DNA from: Lama guanicoe
Taxonomy: Eukaryota
Reading direction: 5' to 3'
NCBI GenBank assembly: GCA_013239625.1
Contig: MU053094.1
Coordinates: 3,842-67,841 of the forward strand
Length of the DNA stretch: 64,000 nucleotides
Both the position numbers and the translations under genes were made by a program. A model generated the notes under the pieces. The model was not told the DNA's origin. It saw nothing but the letters and a program-made list of their open reading frames with translations, and did no database searches. Below, piece after piece: positions 39,301 to 52,144 of this stretch. Numbering within the stretch: the stretch's first letter is position 1; every line of letters begins with the position of its first letter.

Positions 39301-42300
39301 CAACAACCGGCTTTCGCTCGCAGCCCGGCCTAGGGAAACACTCAGGGAATACAAGCTGTGTTAATTTATTAGAACGCAGGTGCTGCTGTCAGTTGGAGGA
39401 ACTTCCACACACTCAGGATTCGGGATTCCAGCCTTGTGTGTGGGGAAGTTGTGGAGACCCAGTCCACGCAGGTGAATGGGGGCACAGGTTATCCAATTTT
39501 GGGTGAAATCCTCTAAGTACTTCCTCAATAAATAGGGGGCCACTCATTGCTGCATGGACTTCAAGCCCAACCCCCAATTTCCCCCACACTCCAGCCTAGG
39601 CATGCCATCAGGGAAGACAAGTAAAAGGATTCTATTAGAACCCAGGTGCTGCTGTCAGTTGGAGGTTCCTCCCCACACTCAGGATACCAGAACACTTCTT
39701 CATTTGTGTGCTGGAGGTGGGGAAACAGAGTCCACGCATTTTTCATGGAGAACAGATATTCCCAGGTTGTGGGTTTTTGGTTAATAACCTCCACTTCCTA
39801 TGGAGAAGCACTCGCTAATACTTGGTTTTAGAGCCCAAACCCCACTTACCCCCGCACTCCGTATCAGTCAACCTAATAGGGAAGACAAGTTAAGAGATTT
39901 TATTAGAACCCAGGCCCTGCTGTCCGTTGGAAGAGGCTGCCCACTCTCAGGATAACTGTGCAAGTGTTCGTGTGTGTGCTATAGGTCTGGAAGCAGACCC
40001 CACGGATCTTTATGGGGGCACAAGTGTTCAAGGTTATGGATGTAGTTAAAACACCTCCACTGACCAGAGAGAGTTACTCACAAATACTTCATTTTGGAGC
40101 CCAAACCACACTTTGCCCCGCACTCCCGCCTAGACATAGCATCAGGGAAGACAGGCAAAGAGATTCAATTAGAATCCAGGTGTTGCAGTCAGCTGGAGAA
40201 TTTTCCCAACACTTAGGATTCCGGAACCCAACCTTCTGTGGCGGGGAGATATGGAGCCACAATCCAAGTAGATGAATGTGTTCACACTTGTTCCCCATTA
40301 GGGAGAAGTCCTCAAATTACTTCCACATTCCATCGGAGGGCAGTTGCTGCTACTTGGCCTCCAAGCCCAACCCCCAGCTTTCCCTCATGGCCCGGCCTAA
40401 GGAAACAATCAGGGAACACAAGCTAAGGGTTTCTAATAGAACTCTGGTGATGCTGTCATTTGGAGTAGCCTCCCCATGATCAGGATTCCAGAAAACTTCT
40501 TCATGTGTGTGCTGTTGGTGGAGAAACAGAGTTCACGCTTATTTAGGGGGCACAGGTATTCCGTTGTTGGGCGTTGTTGGTTAAACACCTCCACTTCCCA
40601 TGGAGAGGCACTCACTAATACTTGGATTTAGAGCCCAAATCCCACTTTGAACCACACTCCGGCTTACGCAATCTATCAGGGAAGAGAAGCTTAAAGATTT
40701 TACTAGAACACTGGCACTGCTGTCAGTTGGAGGAACTTTCCACTCTCAGGATTCCGGAAGCCAGACTTGTGGGGTGGGGGGATTTGTGTATCCCCACTCC
40801 ACGTAGTTGGATGTGGGCACAGGTGTTCCCCTTTAGGGACAATTTATATAAATACTTCCTCATTCCATCGGGGGGTACTCGCTACTACTTGGTCTCAAAG
40901 CCCAACCTCCAGCTTTCCATCAGGGCCAGGCCTAGGGAAACACTCAGGGATTATATGCGAAGGGATTCTACTAGAACCCAGGGGCTGCTGTCACTTGAAA
41001 CTGCCGGCCCACACTCAGGATATCTGAGCACGTCTTCGTGTGTTTGTTGGAAGTGGGGAAACAGAGTCCATGCATCTTTATGGGGGCACGGGTTTTCCCA
41101 GGTAGATGATGTATTTTAGACACCTTCACTGCCCTTAGACAGGCACTGGGTATTACTTAGTTTAGAGCCCAACCCCCACCTTCGCTGAAAGCAAGGCCTA
41201 GGAGAACACTCAAGGTAGTCAAGCTAAGGAATTCTATTAAATCCCTGGTGCTGCTGTTATTTGGAGGAGCCTTCCAACACTCAGGAAACCAGAACAACCC
41301 TTCTCACGTGTGCTGGAGGTGTGGAAACAGAGTCCATGCATTTTTCTTGGGGTACGGGTTATTTCAAGGTTGGAGGATATAGGTTAAACACCTCCACATC
41401 CCATAGATAGGCACTCGCTAATACTGCGTATTAGAGCCCAACCTCCAATTTCCCCTGCACTCCTGGCAGGGCAACCCATCAGGGAAAAATAAGCTCAGGG
41501 ATTGTACTGAACCCAGGTGCTACTGTCACTTGGAGGATCTTCCCAACACTCAGGACTCTGGAGACACTCTTTTGTGTGGGGGAGGTGGCAGCCCCAATCC
41601 ACGCAGATGAGTGGTGACACAGGTGTCCCACGGTAGGGGAGTTCCCTAAGTACTTCCTCAGTCAATCTGTTGGCACAAGCTGCTACATGGCCTCCAAACC
41701 CAACCCCAAATTTCGCTCACAGCCTGGCCTAGGGAAACACTCAGGGAATAGAAGTTGAGTTATTCTATTAGAACACAGGCGCTGCTGTCAGTTTGAGAAA
41801 TTTTCACATAATCAAGATTCTGGATCTCAGCCTTGTGTGTGGGGGAGCTGTGGAGACCCACTCCACACAGATGAATGAGGACACAGGTGTTCCAATTTAG
41901 GGTGAAATCCTCAAAGTACTTCCTCAGTAATTCAGGCGGCACTCGTTGTTTCTTGGACTTCAAGGCCAACCCCCACTTTCCCCCAAACTCTAAGCTTGGC
42001 ATGCCATCAGGGAAGACAAGCTAAGGGATTCTACTAAAACCCAGGTGCTGCTGTCATTTGGAGGAGCCTCCCCACAATCAGGATACCTGAGTAGGTCTCC
42101 GTGTGTGTACTGGAGGAGGGAAACAGTGTCCACGAATCTTTATGGGGGCACAGGTGTTCCCAGGTTGGGGATATACTTTAACCATCTCCACGGCCAAAAG
42201 AGAGGAACTCACTAATACTTGGTTTTAGAGCACAACCCCCAACTTCGCTCATAACCCGGCCAAGGAATTTACTCAGGGAAGTCAACCTAATGGATCCAAT

Positions 42301-45300
42301 TAGATCCCAGATGCTACTCTCAGTTGCAGGAGCCTCCCCACACTCAGGAAACCAGAAAACTTCTTGTGTGTTCTGGAGGTGGGAACAACGCACACGCATT
42401 TTTCAGGGGGCACAGGTTTTCCAGGTTGACTGTTTTAGGTTAAACATCTGCACTTCCCATGGAGAGGCACACGCTGACACTTGATTTTACAGCCCAAATC
42501 CCACTTTCAATCACACTCTGGCTAAGGCAAACCATCAGGATATACAAGCAAAGGGATTTAATTAAAACCAACACGCAGATGTCACTTGGAGGAACTACCC
42601 CACTCTAAGGATTCTGGAACACAAACTTTTGTGTTGGGGAGGTGTGGAACCCAACTCCACGCAGATGAATGGGTGCTCAGGTGTTTCCCTTTAGGGAGAA
42701 TTCCTCTAAGAACTTCATCAGTCCATCGGTGGTACTCGCTGCTACTGGGCCTTCAAGCCCAACCCCCAGCTTTCCCTCATGGCCCGGCCTAAAGAAACAC
42801 TCAGGGAACACAAGCTATGGGATTCAAATAGAACCCAGGTGCTGCTGTCATTTGGAGTAGCCTCCCCATGCTCAGGATTCCAGAAAACTTCTTAGTATGT
42901 GTGCTGTTGGTGGAGAAACAGAGTTCATGCACATTTCAGGGGGCACAGGTATTCCCTTGTTGGGCATTGTTGGTTAAACACCTCCACTTCCCATGGAGAA
43001 GCACTCACTAATACTTGGATTTAGAGCCCAAATCCCACTTTGAACTGCACTCCAGCTTAAGCAATCTATCAGGGAAGAGAAGCTTAATTATTCTACTAGA
43101 ACACTGGCACTGCTGTCAGTTGGAGGAACTTTCCACTCTCAGGATTCCGGAAGCCAGACTTGTGGGGTAGGGGGAGTTGCACTCGCTAATACCTGGCTTT
43201 AGAGCTCAACCCCCACATTTGTTCCCAGCCCGCCCTTGGATAACACTCATAGAAGTCAACCAAAGCGATCCTGTTGCATTCCAGATGCTACTGTCAGTTG
43301 GAGGTGCCTTCCCACACTCAGGATACCAGAACACTTCTTCATGTGTGTGCTGGAGGTGGGGAAAAAGAGTCCACGCATTTTTCAAGGAGCACAGGTATTC
43401 CCATGATGTGGGTTTTTCGTTAATAACCTCCAATTCCCATGGAGAAGCACTCGCTAATACTTGGTTTTAGAGCCCAACACTCACTTTCCCCCGCACTCCG
43501 TATCAGGCAACCAAACAGAAAAGACAAGTTAAGCAATTTTATAAGAACCCAGGACCTACAGTCAGTTACAGGATGCTGCCCACAATCAGGATAAATGTGC
43601 AAGTGTTCGTGTGTGTGCTGGAGGTCTGGAAAAAGACTCCATGGATTATTATGGGGGCACAGGTGTTCCCAGGTTTGGGATGTAGTTTAAACGCCTCCAA
43701 TAACCATAGTGAGGTACTCCCAAATACTTGGTTTTGAAGCCGAAACCACACTTTCCAAGCACTCCCGGATAGGCATACCGTCAGGGAAGAGAAGCAAAGG
43801 TATTCAATTAGAACCCAGGCGCTGCTGTCAGTTGCAGGAACTTCCCTGCACTCAGGATTCCGGAGCACATTCTTGTGTTTGGGGGTGTTGTGCAGCCCCA
43901 CTCCACCCAGATGAATGGGGGCAAAGGTGTTCCCTTTAGGGAGAAGTCCTCTAATTCCTCAATAGGTCAGGGGGCTCTCACTGCTAATTCCCTCCAAGCC
44001 CAACCCCCAGGTTTCCTTCACATCCCAGACCAGGGAAACACTCGTATTACAAGCTAAGGGATTCTATTAGAACCCAGGCACTGCTGTCATTTTGAGAAGC
44101 CCCCCAACACTAATGATATCTGAAAGTCTTCGTTTGTGTTCTGAAGCTGGGAAAGACATTCCATGCAAATTTATGGGGGCACAGGTGTTCCAAAGTTGGG
44201 GATTTGGTTTAAACACCTCCACTGCCCATTGAGGGGCACTTACTAATCCTTGTCTTTAGAGCCCAACCCCCACATTCGCTCTCAGCCCGGCCTAGGTAAA
44301 CATTTATGGAAGTCAAGCTAACAGATTCTATTAGACCCCAGGTGCTGCTGTCATTTTGAGGAAACTCCCCACATTCAGGATAGAAGAACAATTCCTCGTT
44401 TGTGTGCTGGAGGTGTGGAAAAAGAGTCCAGGAATCTTTCAGGAGGCACATGTATTCCCACGTTGCTGGTTGTAGGTAAAATTTCTCAACTTCCAATGTA
44501 GATTCATTGGTTAATACTTGGTATTAAGCCGAAACCCCATATTCCCCTGACCTGCAGCCTAGGCAAACCATCAGGGTAGGCAAGTTAAGGGATGCTAGTA
44601 GAACACAAGTGCTGCTGACATTTGGAGGAACTTCCCCATACTCAGGATACCGGAACCCAACCTTGTGGGGCAGGGAGATGTGGAGCCACAATCCAACTAG
44701 ATGAATGGGGTCACACATCTTCCCCATTAGGGAGAAGTTTTCTAAATACTTCCACATTCCATTGGGGGGCAGTTGCTGCTACATAGCCCCCAAGCCAAAC
44801 TCCCAGCTTTCCCTCTAAGCCCGGCCTAGTGAAACAATGAAGGAATACAAGCTAAGGGATTCTATTAGAACCCAGGCCCTGCTGTCATTTGGAGGAGACT
44901 CCCCACAATCAGAACACCTGAGCACGTCTCCGTGTGTGTGCTGGAGGTGTGGAAACAGAGTCCACACATCTTTATGGGGGCACAGGTGTTCCAAGGTTGG
45001 GGAAGGAGTTTAAAACCTTCCACTGCCCACAGAGATGCACTCGCTAATACTTGGATTTAGAGCCCATCCCCCACCATCACTCACAGCTAGGCCTAGTAAA
45101 ACACTTAGGGAAGTCAAGCTAAGGGATTCTATTAGAACCCAGGTGCTGCTGTCAGCTGGAGGAACCTCCCAACTCTCAGAACACCAGAAAACTTTTTTGT
45201 GTGTGTGCTGGATGTAGGGAAACCCATTCAAAGTATATTTTAGTGGGCACAGTTATTCCAATTTTGAGGGTTGCAGGTTAAACAACCACATCCCATTGAA

Positions 45301-48300
45301 AACTCTCGCTAATACTTGGTTTAGAGCCCAATCCCATCTTTCACCCGCATACCGGCCTTGGCAAACCATCATGAAAGTCAACATAAAGTATTGTATTAGA
45401 ACTCAGGCGATGCTATTAGTTGGAGGAACCTCCCAAAAATCAAGACATCTGAACCCGATGTCGTGTGTGTGCTGGAGGAGGGAATCAAAGCCCATGCATC
45501 TTTATGGGGGCACAGGTGTTCCCAGCTAGTGGATATACTTTAACTGCCTCCACTGCCAAAATACATAAACTCGCTAATACTTGGTTATAGAGCACAACCC
45601 CCAACTTCGCTCGCAACCCGGCCAAGGAAAATACTCAGGGATGTCAACCTAAAGGATCCAATTAGTTCCCAGGTGCTACTGTCAGTTGCAGGAGCCTCCC
45701 CACACTCAGGATACCGGAAAACTTCGTGTGTGTGCTGGAGGTGGGGAACAAAGCACTCGCATTTTTCATGGGGCACAGTTATTCCCAGGTTGTGGGTTGA
45801 AGGTTAAACATCTCCACTTCCCATGGAGAGGCACACGCTGATACTTGGTTTTAGAGCCCAAATCCAACTTTTAACCACACTCTGACCTAGGCAAACCATC
45901 AGGGAAGACAAGGAAAGGGATTCTATTAAAACCAAGACACTGATGTCACTTGGAGTTACTACCCCACCCTCAGGATTCTGGAACACAACCTTGTGTGGCG
46001 GGGTGTTGTGGAGCCCCAATCCACGTAGATGAATGGGTGCTTAGTTGTTTCCCTTTAGGGGGAATTGTTCTAAGAACTTCCTCAGTCCTTTGGGGGGTAC
46101 TCGCTGCTTCTTGGACTCCAAGCCCAACCCCCAGGTTTCCCTCATTGTCCGGATAAAGAAATAATCATGGAACACAAGCTAATGGATTCTAATAGAACCC
46201 AGGTGTTTCTGTCATTTGGAGTAGCCTCCCCATGCTCAGGATTCCAGAAATCTTCTTCGTGTGTGTGATGTTGGTGGAGATACAGAGTCAACGCTTATTT
46301 CAGGGTCACAGGTATTCCCTTGTTGGCTTTGTTGGTTAAACACTTCCACTTCCCATAGAGAGGCATTCAGTTATACTTGGATTAAGAGACCAAATCCCAC
46401 TTTCAACCGCACTTCGGCTTATGCAATCCATCAGGGAATGAAGGTTAAGAATTTTACTAGAACACTGGCACTGATGTCAGTTGGAAGAACTTTCCACTCT
46501 CAGGATTCTGGAAGCCAGACTTGTGGGGGGTGATTTGTGTAACCCCACTCCACGCAGCTGGATGTGGGCACAGGTGTTCCCCTATAGGGAGAATTCATCT
46601 AAATACTTCCTCAGTCCATCGGGGGGCACTTGATACATTTTGGCCCCAAAGCCCAACCCTCATCTTTCCCTCAGAGCCAGGCCTAGGGAAATACTCAGGG
46701 ATTACAAGCTAAGGGATTCTATTAGAACCCAGGCACTGCTGTTAGTTGAAAGTGCTGGCCAACATTCAGGATACCTGAACACGTCTTTGTGTGTGTGTTG
46801 GATGTGGGGAAACAGAGTCCATGCATCTTTATATGGGCACTGTTATTCCCAGGTAAATGATGTAGTTTAAACACCTTCACTACCCATAGAGAGGCACTGG
46901 CTATTACTTGGCTTTAGAGCCCAACCCAGATATTAGCTCAAAGCTGGGCTAAGAGAACACTCAAGTAAATCAAGCTAAGGAATTCTATTAGATCTCTAGT
47001 GCTGCTGTTAGTTGGAGGAGCCTCCCCACACTCAGGAAACCAGAACACGTCTTCGTAATTGTGCTGGCGGTGTCGAAACAGAGTCCACACAATTTTCTTG
47101 GGGCACAGGTATTTCTTGGATGGAGGATGTTGGTTTAACTCCTCCACATCCTGTGGATAGGCAATCACTAATACTTCATTTTAGAGCCCAACCTCCAATT
47201 TCCCCCGCACTTCTGGCAGGTCAAGCCATCACGGAAGACAAGCTAAGGGATTATATTGAAGCAAGGTGCTGCAGTCACTTTGAGGAACTTCACAAATCTC
47301 AGGACTCCAGAGACTCTCTTGTGTGTGGGGGAGGTGTGCAGCCCCAATGCACGCAGATGAACGGTGATACCGGTGTTCCCCTATAGGGGAGTTCCCTAAG
47401 TACTTCCTCAGTCAATCGGTTGGCACAAGCTGCTACTTGGTCTCCAAGCGCAACCCCCAGCTTTCACTCACAGCCCGACCTAGGGTTACACATAGGTAAT
47501 GCAAGGTGAGATATTCTATTAGAACGCAGGCGCTGCTGTCAGTTGGAGGAACTTCCATACACTCAGGATTACCGATCCCTGCCTTGTGTGTGGGGGAGTT
47601 GTGGAGGCCAAGCCCACGCAGGTAAATGGGGGCACAGGTGTACCACTTTAGGGTGAAATCCTCTAAGTATTTCCTCAGTAAATTGGGGGGCACTCGTTGC
47701 TAATTTGACTTCAAGCCCAACCCGCACTTTCCCCCACACTCCACCCTAGGCATGCCATCAGGGAAGACAAGCTAAGAAATACAGTAAGAACCCTGGCGCT
47801 TCTGCATTTGGAGGAGACTCTCCACACTCAAGATTCCTGTGCAAGTCTTTGTGTGTGTGCTGGTGTTGGGGATACATAATCCATGCAACTTTATGGGGAC
47901 ACAGATGTTCCCAGGGAGGAAAGTATATTACACACCTCCAAAGCCCATAGAGAGGCACTCGCTGTTACTTGGATTTAGAGCCCAACCCCCCCCTTCGCTC
48001 CCAGCCCGTACTTGGAAAACACTCAGGGAAGTCACCTAAGGGATCCTATTAGATCCAAGTTGATGCTGTCAGTACGAGGTGCCTCCTCACACTCAGGATA
48101 CCAGAACACTCCTTCATGGGTGTGCTGGAGGTGGAAAAAATGAGTCCACGCATTTTTCAAGGAACTCATGTATTCCCAGGTTGTGGGTTTTTGGTTAATA
48201 ACCTCCACTTCCCATGGAGAAGCAGTCGCCAATATTTGCTTTTAGAACCCAACCCCCACTTTCCCCCGCACTCCGTATAAGGGAACTAAACAGGGAAGAC

Positions 48301-51034
48301 AAGTTAAGCGATATTATTAGAACCAAGGACCTGCTGTCTGTTGAAGGAGGCTGGCCACACTCAGGATAGAAGAACACTTCCTCGTTTGTGTGCAGGAGGT
48401 GGGGAAACAGAGTCCAGGCTTCTTTCAGGTGGCACAGTTATTTCCAGGTTGTGGGTTGTAGGTTAAACATCTTCACTTCCCATGGAGAGGCACACGCTGA
48501 TACTTGGTTTTAGAACCCAAATCCAACTTTCAACCACACTCTGGCCTACGCAAATCATCAGGGAAGACAAGGAAAAGGATGGTATTAAAACCAAGTCACT
48601 GATGTCGCTTGGAGGAACTACCCCATACTCAGGATTCTGGAACACATCCTTGTGTGGAGGGGTGGTGTGGAGCCCCAAACCACGCAGATGAATGGGAGCT
48701 TAGGTGTGTCCATTTCGGGGGAATTCCTCTAAGAACTTCCTCAGTCCATCAGGGGGTATTCGCTGCTTATTGGCTTCCAAGCCCAACCCCCAGTTTTCCA
48801 TCATGGTCCGGCCTAAGGAAACAATAATGGAACTCAAGCTAAGGGATTCTAATAGAACCCAGGTGCTTCTGTCATTTGGAGTAGCCTCCCCATGCTCAGG
48901 ATTCCAGAATACTTCTTCGTGTGTGTGCTGTCGGTGGAGAAACAGAGTCCATGCTTATTTCAGGGTCACAGGTATTCCCTTGTTGGGGTTGTTGGTTAAA
49001 CACTTTCACTTCCCATGGAGAGGCATTCAGTTATACTTGGATTAAGAGCCCAAATCCCACTTTGAACCGCACTCCGACTTATGCAATCCATCAACCATGG
49101 AAAGGCACTCGCTATTACTTGGCTTTAGAGCCCAACCTCCACCTTCGCTCCCAGCCCATACTTGGAAAACACTCAGGGAAGTCAACCTAAGGGATCCTGT
49201 TAGATCCCAGATGCTGCTGTCAGTTGGAGGTGCCTCCCCACACTCAGGATACAAGAACACTCCTCCATGTGTGTGCTGGTGGTAGGCAGAGTCCACACAT
49301 TTTTCAAGGAGCACAGGTATTCAGAGGTTGTGGGTTTTTGGTAAATAACATCCAGTTCCCTTGGAGAAGCACTCGCTAATACTTGGTTTTAGAACCCAAC
49401 CCCCACTTTCCCCCGCACCCATATCAGGCAATCATACGGAAGACAAGTTAAGAGATTTTATTAGAACCCAGTCCCTGCTGTCAGTTTGAGGAGGCTGCCC
49501 GCTCTCAGGATAACTGTGCAAGTGATCGTGTGTGTGCTGGATGTCTGAAAACAGACTCCACTGATCTTTGTGGGGTCACAGGTGTTCCAAGGTAAGGGAT
49601 TTAAACACCTCCACTAACCATAGAGAGGTACTCGCAAATACTTGGTTTTGGAGCCCAAACAACTCTATTGCCTGCACTCCAGCCTTTGCATACCATCAGG
49701 GAAGACAAGCAAAGGGATTTAATTAGAACCAAGACGCTGCATTCAGTTGGAGGAACTTCCCTACACTCAGGATTCTGGAACACATTCTTGTGTGTGGGGG
49801 AGTTGTGCAGCCCCATTCCACCCAGATCAATGGAGGCAAACATGTTCCCTTTATGGACAAGACCTCTAAGTAGTTCCTCAATCGATCAGGGGGCACTCAC
49901 TGCTTCTTTGCCTCCAAGCCCAACCCCCAGATTTCCCTCATATCCCAGACCAGGGAAACACTCGTATTACAAGCTGAGGGATTCTATTAGAACCCAGGCA
50001 CTGCTGTCATTTTGAGAAGCCCTCACACACTAAGGATATCTGAAAGTCTTCGTGTGTAATCTGGAGTTGGGAAAGACATTCCACGCAAATTTATGGGGGC
50101 ACAGGTGTTCCAAAAATGGGGATTTGGTTTAAACACCTCCACTGCCCATAGAGGGGCCCTCGCTATTCCTTGTCTTTAGAGCCCAACCCCCACATTCACT
50201 CACAGCCCGGCCTAGGTAAACACTCAAAGAAGTCAAGCTAATGGATTCTGTTATACCCCAGGTGCTCCTGTCATTTCCAGGAAACTCCCCACCTTCAGGA
50301 TAGAAGAAAATTCCTCATTTGTGTGCTTGAGTTGGGGAAGCAGGGTCCAGGCATCTTACAGGTCGCACATTTATTCCCACGTTGCTGGTTTTAGGTAAAA
50401 TTTCCCCACTTCCCATGTAGACGCATTGGCTAATACTTGGTATTAGAGCCGAAACCCCACATTCCCCTGCACTCCAGCCTATGCAAACCATCAGGGAAGG
50501 CAAGTTAAGGGATTCATGTAGATCACAAGCACTGCAGTCACTAGGAGGAACTTCCCAACACTCAGGACTCAAGAGACACTCTTGTGTGTGGGGATGTGTG
50601 CAGCCCCAAATCACGAAGATGAATGGTGATACAAGTGTTCCCCTGTAGGGGAGTTCCCTAAGTACTTCCTCAGTCAATCGTTTGGCACAAGCTGCTACTT
50701 GGTCTCCAAGCCCAACCCCCAGCTTTCGCTAGCAGCCCGGCCTAGGATTACACTTAAGTAATGCAAGGTGAGTTATTCTATTAGAAAGCAAGCGCTGCTG
50801 TCAGTTGGAGGAACTTCCACACACTCAGGATTACGGATCCCAGCCTTGTGTGTGTGGGAGTTGTGGAGACCCAGTCCATGCTGTTGAATGGGATCACAGG
50901 TGTTCCACTTTAGGTGAAATCCTCTAAGTACTTCCTCAGTAAATCAGGGGGCACTCGTTGCTACTTGGACTTCAAACCCAACCCCCACTTTCCCCCACTC
51001 TCCACCCTAGGCATGCCATCAGGTAAGACAAGCT
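3345..51034 (+). repeat. Satellite DNA array, ~266-267 bp monomer, three monomer classes (B, A1, A2), head-to-tail; part 1 (~179 monomers by length)
   Basis: Core 'caagctaagggattctattagaacccaggtgctgctgtcagttggagga' recurs at ~3541, 3809, 4077, 4344, 4610, 4872, 5140, 5406 and onward, about 266 bp apart, without a break up to the gap. Confidence 0.98.
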
Positions 51035-51589
51035 NNNNNNNNNNNNNNNNNNNNNNNNNNNNNNNNNNNNNNNNNNNNNNNNNNNNNNNNNNNNNNNNNN
51101 NNNNNNNNNNNNNNNNNNNNNNNNNNNNNNNNNNNNNNNNNNNNNNNNNNNNNNNNNNNNNNNNNNNNNNNNNNNNNNNNNNNNNNNNNNNNNNNNNNNN
51201 NNNNNNNNNNNNNNNNNNNNNNNNNNNNNNNNNNNNNNNNNNNNNNNNNNNNNNNNNNNNNNNNNNNNNNNNNNNNNNNNNNNNNNNNNNNNNNNNNNNN
51301 NNNNNNNNNNNNNNNNNNNNNNNNNNNNNNNNNNNNNNNNNNNNNNNNNNNNNNNNNNNNNNNNNNNNNNNNNNNNNNNNNNNNNNNNNNNNNNNNNNNN
51401 NNNNNNNNNNNNNNNNNNNNNNNNNNNNNNNNNNNNNNNNNNNNNNNNNNNNNNNNNNNNNNNNNNNNNNNNNNNNNNNNNNNNNNNNNNNNNNNNNNNN
51501 NNNNNNNNNNNNNNNNNNNNNNNNNNNNNNNNNNNNNNNNNNNNNNNNNNNNNNNNNNNNNNNNNNNNNNNNNNNNNNNNNNNNNNNNN
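51035..51589. other. Assembly gap (555 N)
   Basis: Run of N characters. Confidence 1.
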
Positions 51590-51594
51590 ACGAG

Positions 51595-51618
51595 TTTATT
51601 TCTTGCAGTCAATTTATA
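51595..51618 (-). promoter_or_regulatory. LTR TATA box and polyadenylation signal
   Basis: Minus strand reads caTATAAAttgactgcaagaAATAAActcg. Closely spaced TATA and AATAAA are typical of short-R betaretroviral LTRs. Confidence 0.72.
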
Positions 51619-52001
51619 TGATTTTAACCCATTAGCTCATACATTCCTGCCTATAGGCAAAGGTATTGTTTTCAGGCATGTACTAAAACCATTAACTTGT
51701 ATATTGTTACAGACATCATTATTGTTTACAGTTCTTGTAAAACTAAGATTAAGAGTTCCTGGAACAAAGATGATAAGCTAAGACATTGTTCCTCTAGGCT
51801 AACATCGTGACTGGTGTATGTTTAGCTCAGGTGATTGTTCTCTAAAAAGATTACTGATTTGTGTGCCGATTGTATCTCTCCCTCTGAAGGTCCTTTGTGA
51901 CTTAGTAGCTCAAGGATATTTCCTCAGGCATTAGCGCACCTGGTGCATTCTTTAGTAAAAGGGGTGGCGGGACAGAGATTGTTCTGACTCAATTGACCTT
52001 T

Positions 52002-52120
52002 GAGCCGGGTGCCCCGCACTGTGGGAGTTTAGGCCCAACCTTTGTGCTCGGCAGCCTCAATCTCAGAGCCTGGCGCCCTGCACTTTGGGGTTTTACGCCC
52101 AAGTTTTGTGCTCGGCAGCC
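52002..52120. repeat. Imperfect 55-bp direct repeat (period 64 bp) in the LTR U3
   Basis: 52002-52056 gagccgggtgccccgcactgtgggagtttaggcccaacctttgtgctcggcagcc versus 52066-52120 gagcctggcgccctgcactttggggttttacgcccaagttttgtgctcggcagcc. Confidence 0.9.
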
Positions 52121-52144
52121 CTCCGTCACGAGCGGCTCCCCGCA

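Larger units (their letters stand above)
51590..52144 (-). mobile_element. Endogenous retrovirus LTR, ERV2/betaretrovirus-like; U3 through the poly(A) signal visible, remainder in the gap
   Basis: Non-satellite sequence. The minus strand starts TGCGGGGAGCCG at 52144, an ERV2-type LTR start. It contains a 64-bp-period direct repeat, then TATAAA (51618-51613) followed 12 nt later by AATAAA (51600-51595). Satellite resumes mid-monomer at 52145. Confidence 0.82.

Noticed and set aside
50914..51621. Long ORFs of 235 and 197 aa
   Set aside because: Artefacts of translating through the N gap.
51035..52144. Gap length (555) equals the visible LTR length (555)
   Set aside because: Treated as coincidence or a scaffolding artefact; no biological meaning can be supported.
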